Source: a virus
Taxonomy: Duplodnaviria > Caudoviricetes
Strand: one strand, 5' to 3'
IMG/VR virus record: IMGVR_UViG_3300025112_004171
Span: 1-28,144 of that record
DNA: 28,144 nucleotides
In this document: positions 24,932 to 28,144 of the stretch, in pieces
Position numbering within the stretch: the stretch's first letter is position 1
How the letters are laid out: the number at the start of each line of letters is the position of its first letter
Position numbers and translations under genes: made by a program
Notes under the pieces: model-generated
Told to the model about the DNA's origin: nothing
Databases searched by the model: none
Seen by the model: only the letters and a program-made list of their open reading frames with translations

Positions 24932-26095
24932 TCAATTAATGTATTGATGATTGCTAAGGTGATCATTTATAGTTTCACGTAGTTTATTGATATCTTGTGC
25001 TATAGTTTCAATATTACCAGCAGCATTCCTTGCATTAAGAATACTCATGTCATCTATGATTGTCTTTGTTTCTGGTATATCTACAACAACATCAAAACTT
25101 ACTGCTTCTTCCCCTAACTTAATACTTACTTTCTGAACACTTTTGAAAGCAGGGACTGTTTGTTGTGTTGTTGAAATTGCAATTACATCACCAGCTACAT
25201 TAACTAACTGAGCAAGTTTTATGCTCATTGTATCTAGCCATTCATTTAGCTTATCACCGAGAACTTGTCTATCTAATGTATCAGATGAATCTGGTAAGGT
25301 TGATACGTTAGCTAACACTTCAGCTTCATTGTAGAAATAACTTCTATCTTTTGAATCACCATTGTCATTTTCAATAGTTTTTACAGAGACATCACTAAGA
25401 TTTGCTTTACCTACTTGTAAATTCTTTGTCTTGGTTTTTCCGATAGTTGTTCCAGGGAGTCTTTCATATCTTGTTCTTTCTTTTATACCACTTTCTAAAA
25501 CTCCCTCTTGATTGACGGGGTTAAATGAATGCCTTATGAAACTATCACTTCTACCTTGCTGGATAACATCACCAGGTCTGAATGGAATTGAAAATACAGC
25601 TGCTTTTGTTTGTGTTACTTCTTCAGCTATGTCTTCAACTCTGAAATTTAATTGATATCTATACAAGCCAGGCTGTAGAGCTCTATCTTCTCTTGCTAAT
25701 ACTTTATTTATGTAACTAGAATCTGTTACTCTGTTTATCCAATAAAGTTGAGAACCCCATACATCTGTCTCTCTAGTTACCCAAACTTCTTCTCCAATTT
25801 CTGGTATTGATATATTATGGAATGTAAATAGAGGTATTGCCCATTTGTTTTTGTCAGCTACAGGATTTTTGCTAGATTGATCCTCTCCAATTACTTTGAC
25901 AAATAAACTTCCAGGAGGGGTTACTGGTGAAGCAGCACCTTTGTCAATAGATAGATCCACCCCTAAAACTATAGCTCTGCTCAGAATAAATATCTGATCT
26001 TTGTTAGTTTTCCATCCTTCTGCAGCTTCCATGGTCTTTTTTACAAATCGTCTGGATGGGGTGACTATATTATCTAAGCTTGGAGGCCTGTTCAT
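24932..26095 (-). CDS. probable baseplate hub/spike protein (gp5/gpV-like N-terminal OB fold)
   Basis: WAIPL...SIPEIGEEVWV, PGDVIQQGRSDSFIR, QVLGDKLNEWLD; position before the gp25- and gp6-like genes. Confidence 0.65.
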   Translation of the reverse strand: MNRPPSLDNIVTPSRRFVKKTMEAAEGWKTNKDQIFILSRAIVLGVDLSIDKGAASPVTPPGSLFVKVIGEDQSSKNPVADKNKWAIPLFTFHNISIPEIGEEVWVTRETDVWGSQLYWINRVTDSSYINKVLAREDRALQPGLYRYQLNFRVEDIAEEVTQTKAAVFSIPFRPGDVIQQGRSDSFIRHSFNPVNQEGVLESGIKERTRYERLPGTTIGKTKTKNLQVGKANLSDVSVKTIENDNGDSKDRSYFYNEAEVLANVSTLPDSSDTLDRQVLGDKLNEWLDTMSIKLAQLVNVAGDVIAISTTQQTVPAFKSVQKVSIKLGEEAVSFDVVVDIPETKTIIDDMSILNARNAAGNIETIAQDINKLRETINDHLSNHQYIN

Positions 26096-26772
26096 TAAAT
26101 ATCTCTAGTTTCATAGAACTCTTTTTTTGTTGCTTGATACAACATTCGAACTTTTTGAAGAGTTCTTGTAATCTTTTTCGATTGCAGTCCAGTACCTTCT
26201 CTTATATATACATAGACCTGCTTCTTATTATAAATATTAAACATATTGTAATTTTCAAGGAGGTTGACCACAATTGAAAGAACTGATTTGTCATCTTCAT
26301 TTAGATTTGTTTTATTCTCATAAGCAGATGACAGAGAATTTCTAAGAAAGTTTATGAATTCAGCGTCTTCTTCATTCTTAACATCCTTAGTATACTCATT
26401 TATACTGAGAGTTTTTATGAGGTCGACTTTCTCATCCTCATCTATTGAAACTCTCTTCTTTGCTTGATTAGATTTCTGTATGAGCCAGTTCTTAGTAACT
26501 GTTCCAAAAAACGAAAATGCTTTAGTCTCTCTTGTAACATCAAATTTGTCAATCCTTTCAAATAGATGTATCATAAGCTCATCTCTTATGTCTTCAAGAG
26601 AGCCCAATGTTGTATTAAAATTATAAGTGAAAAATATGTTTTCAATTAATTCATTAAATGCAGGTCTTATTAAAATTGTAAACAAATTGTTTCGCTCATC
26701 AATACTTTCACAATGTATATAATCCTTTACTGCTTGTTCTTCTTCAGCACCAAAGTATTTCTTTTTTTTCAT
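26095..26772 (-). CDS. phage RNA polymerase sigma-factor-like protein (sigma70 region 2/gp55-like)
   Basis: EDIRDELMIHLFERIDKFDVTRETKAFSFFGTVTKNWLI (region 2-like); C-terminal HTH-like NKKQVYVYIREGTGLQSKKITRTL. Confidence 0.7.
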   Translation of the reverse strand: MKKKKYFGAEEEQAVKDYIHCESIDERNNLFTILIRPAFNELIENIFFTYNFNTTLGSLEDIRDELMIHLFERIDKFDVTRETKAFSFFGTVTKNWLIQKSNQAKKRVSIDEDEKVDLIKTLSINEYTKDVKNEEDAEFINFLRNSLSSAYENKTNLNEDDKSVLSIVVNLLENYNMFNIYNKKQVYVYIREGTGLQSKKITRTLQKVRMLYQATKKEFYETRDI

Positions 26773-26847
26773 TACTTACCTTTCTTATTAAAGACTAGTT
26801 ATACATTGTAAATTATAATACATTATACAAACTTTTATAAACTTATT
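26773..26847 (-). promoter_or_regulatory. AT-rich putative promoter region with several TATAA elements
   Basis: Minus strand AATAAGTTTATAAAAGTTTGTATAATGTATTATAATTTACAATGTATAAC upstream of the sigma-like gene. Confidence 0.45.
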
Positions 26848-28144
26848 CATTCTTTTTCGTCAAATGATTTTCTAAGTACTGCTTCTAAAATTGTTGTATA
26901 AGAAGTTGGTGTTATTTGATCAGTGACTTGTGTGATATTATATATTCCATGTAACCTTTCTATAACACCTCTAACAACGACATAGTTATATGCATTTATT
27001 CCAGCTGTCCCATGTATTTGTATAGTCGTCCTTTTCAAATAATGCCCTAGCAAGTTCCAGGTCAAATCAAATTCATTACTCAATGCTCTTGCAATTCTCA
27101 TATAATTTTGTGAATCTTGTTGCATCAATTTGTTTGCAATAGAAGAAGCATCGACTTTATATCCTTCTACAGTTGCACCTTCATCTCTTATTCTTCTTGC
27201 ACTAGCTCCCAATCTAGTGTCTACTTTATTAATTTCTCGGATAAAATCTTCAACTGTTATGTCTTTAACACCGGCAGCTAATATTGGGGAGCTATATATT
27301 TCAAAACCTAAAGAGTCCATTTTGGAAGTAAGATCGAGATTTTCACACAATGAATCATTTGTTCCAAAATTTATCACCATTGCTTTATCAGATGTTTCTG
27401 CAAACTTGATGTTGTTTTCTATTTCAGTTTCTATATCATCAACTGTTGCACTAGCAACAAATATGTGAGTAGCTCCATCTTTAACTTTTATACCCAACTT
27501 TATTTCATTTGACAATGCATGGCTTTCTACTACTGTTCTTATGAATTCTATTATCGACATATTACTTGGGGTAAACAAACCCTCTTCACCAACTACTAGA
27601 TTGTAATCTACTGGTATTTCAAACACATTAGTCAATGTTTCAGCAAACACTATATTTTGATTGTCTGTCACTGATTTATAAAACTTGTTGTATATGTTTA
27701 CTATAGATGTGTTATTCGGTATATCCTCATATTTGAAATCTAAAGCTTCTGAATTTGAATTTTGATGAACAGCATATTTAACTAATTCTAATACCCAGCC
27801 TAAATAGAAATATTGTGGCTCTTCAGCAGTTTTCTGCTCAGGTACTGCTGGAGTTTTTTGCTGACCAGCTGATAAGTCATCTCTGGGATTAGCATTTCGA
27901 ATAGGTTGCTCATTAGTCCATCTCATGAAAGCTTCAGAACCTTGTTCTTCTAATATCTTTTGCCCCTCTTCAAACTGGTCAATTGTTGATTCACCTAAAT
28001 CACCTAAGTTTAAAGCACTATTTGCTGGTGGCGTAGGAACTGGAACAGTAGCATCTATCGTTGCTTTCTTTAAATTTGGGTTTGTTTCTAACAAACTTTT
28101 TACATTGCCTAGTGTGTCATCTAATCTTACAATAGTATTACTTC
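26847..28144 (-). CDS. probable baseplate hub protein (gpD/gp27-like C-terminus), partial at the right edge
   Basis: Frame stays open beyond the ORF-track TTG to the window end. C-terminus TTIQIHGTAGI...GIYNITQVTDQITPTSYTTILEAV is typical of hub proteins; YFYLGWVLEL. Confidence 0.65.
   Translation of the reverse strand, partial: SNTIVRLDDTLGNVKSLLETNPNLKKATIDATVPVPTPPANSALNLGDLGESTIDQFEEGQKILEEQGSEAFMRWTNEQPIRNANPRDDLSAGQQKTPAVPEQKTAEEPQYFYLGWVLELVKYAVHQNSNSEALDFKYEDIPNNTSIVNIYNKFYKSVTDNQNIVFAETLTNVFEIPVDYNLVVGEEGLFTPSNMSIIEFIRTVVESHALSNEIKLGIKVKDGATHIFVASATVDDIETEIENNIKFAETSDKAMVINFGTNDSLCENLDLTSKMDSLGFEIYSSPILAAGVKDITVEDFIREINKVDTRLGASARRIRDEGATVEGYKVDASSIANKLMQQDSQNYMRIARALSNEFDLTWNLLGHYLKRTTIQIHGTAGINAYNYVVVRGVIERLHGIYNITQVTDQITPTSYTTILEAVLRKSFDEKE

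Noticed and set aside
24-27468. Plus-strand ORFs in the track (e.g. 4530-5276, 2082-2594, 14141-14467, 27130-27468)
   Set aside because: All are antisense shadows of well-supported minus-strand genes, with hydrophobic/Ser-rich translations and no recognisable motifs.
599-28144. Genome-wide TAG reassignment (genetic code 15)
   Set aside because: Long structural genes are intact under the standard code and several genes end at TAG right before the next SD or start; only one internal TAG was found.

Overview
AT-rich, densely packed segment of a large (jumbo-type) myovirus-like bacteriophage genome; every credible gene is on the minus strand. Read in transcription direction (right to left) it encodes a baseplate hub-like protein (cut by the window edge), a phage sigma-factor-like protein, a spike/gp5-like protein, gp25-like and gp6-like baseplate wedge proteins, a DNRLRE-like protein, a gpI/gp7-like wedge protein with a LamG-like domain, four proteins carrying pieces of a tail-collar domain, and two further LamG-like proteins. 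A short, divergent family A DNA polymerase, large hypothetical proteins and a glycan-modification cluster (degenerate GT2 + GT9 + methyltransferase fusion, DUF4254/DUF6165-like gene) follow. The most striking pattern is that small unrelated 'passenger' genes sit at junctions between the structural genes. Six share an N-terminal M-[KL]-L...L-x-E leader resembling the T4 capsid-targeting/prohead-protease signal, some share near-identical junction DNA, one is flanked by a 19-bp direct repeat and one is interrupted by a single TAG. A minimal kinase and a methyltransferase occupy other junctions. All family assignments come from motif recognition by eye; no searches were run. No tRNA, rRNA, CRISPR array or transposase was recognised.
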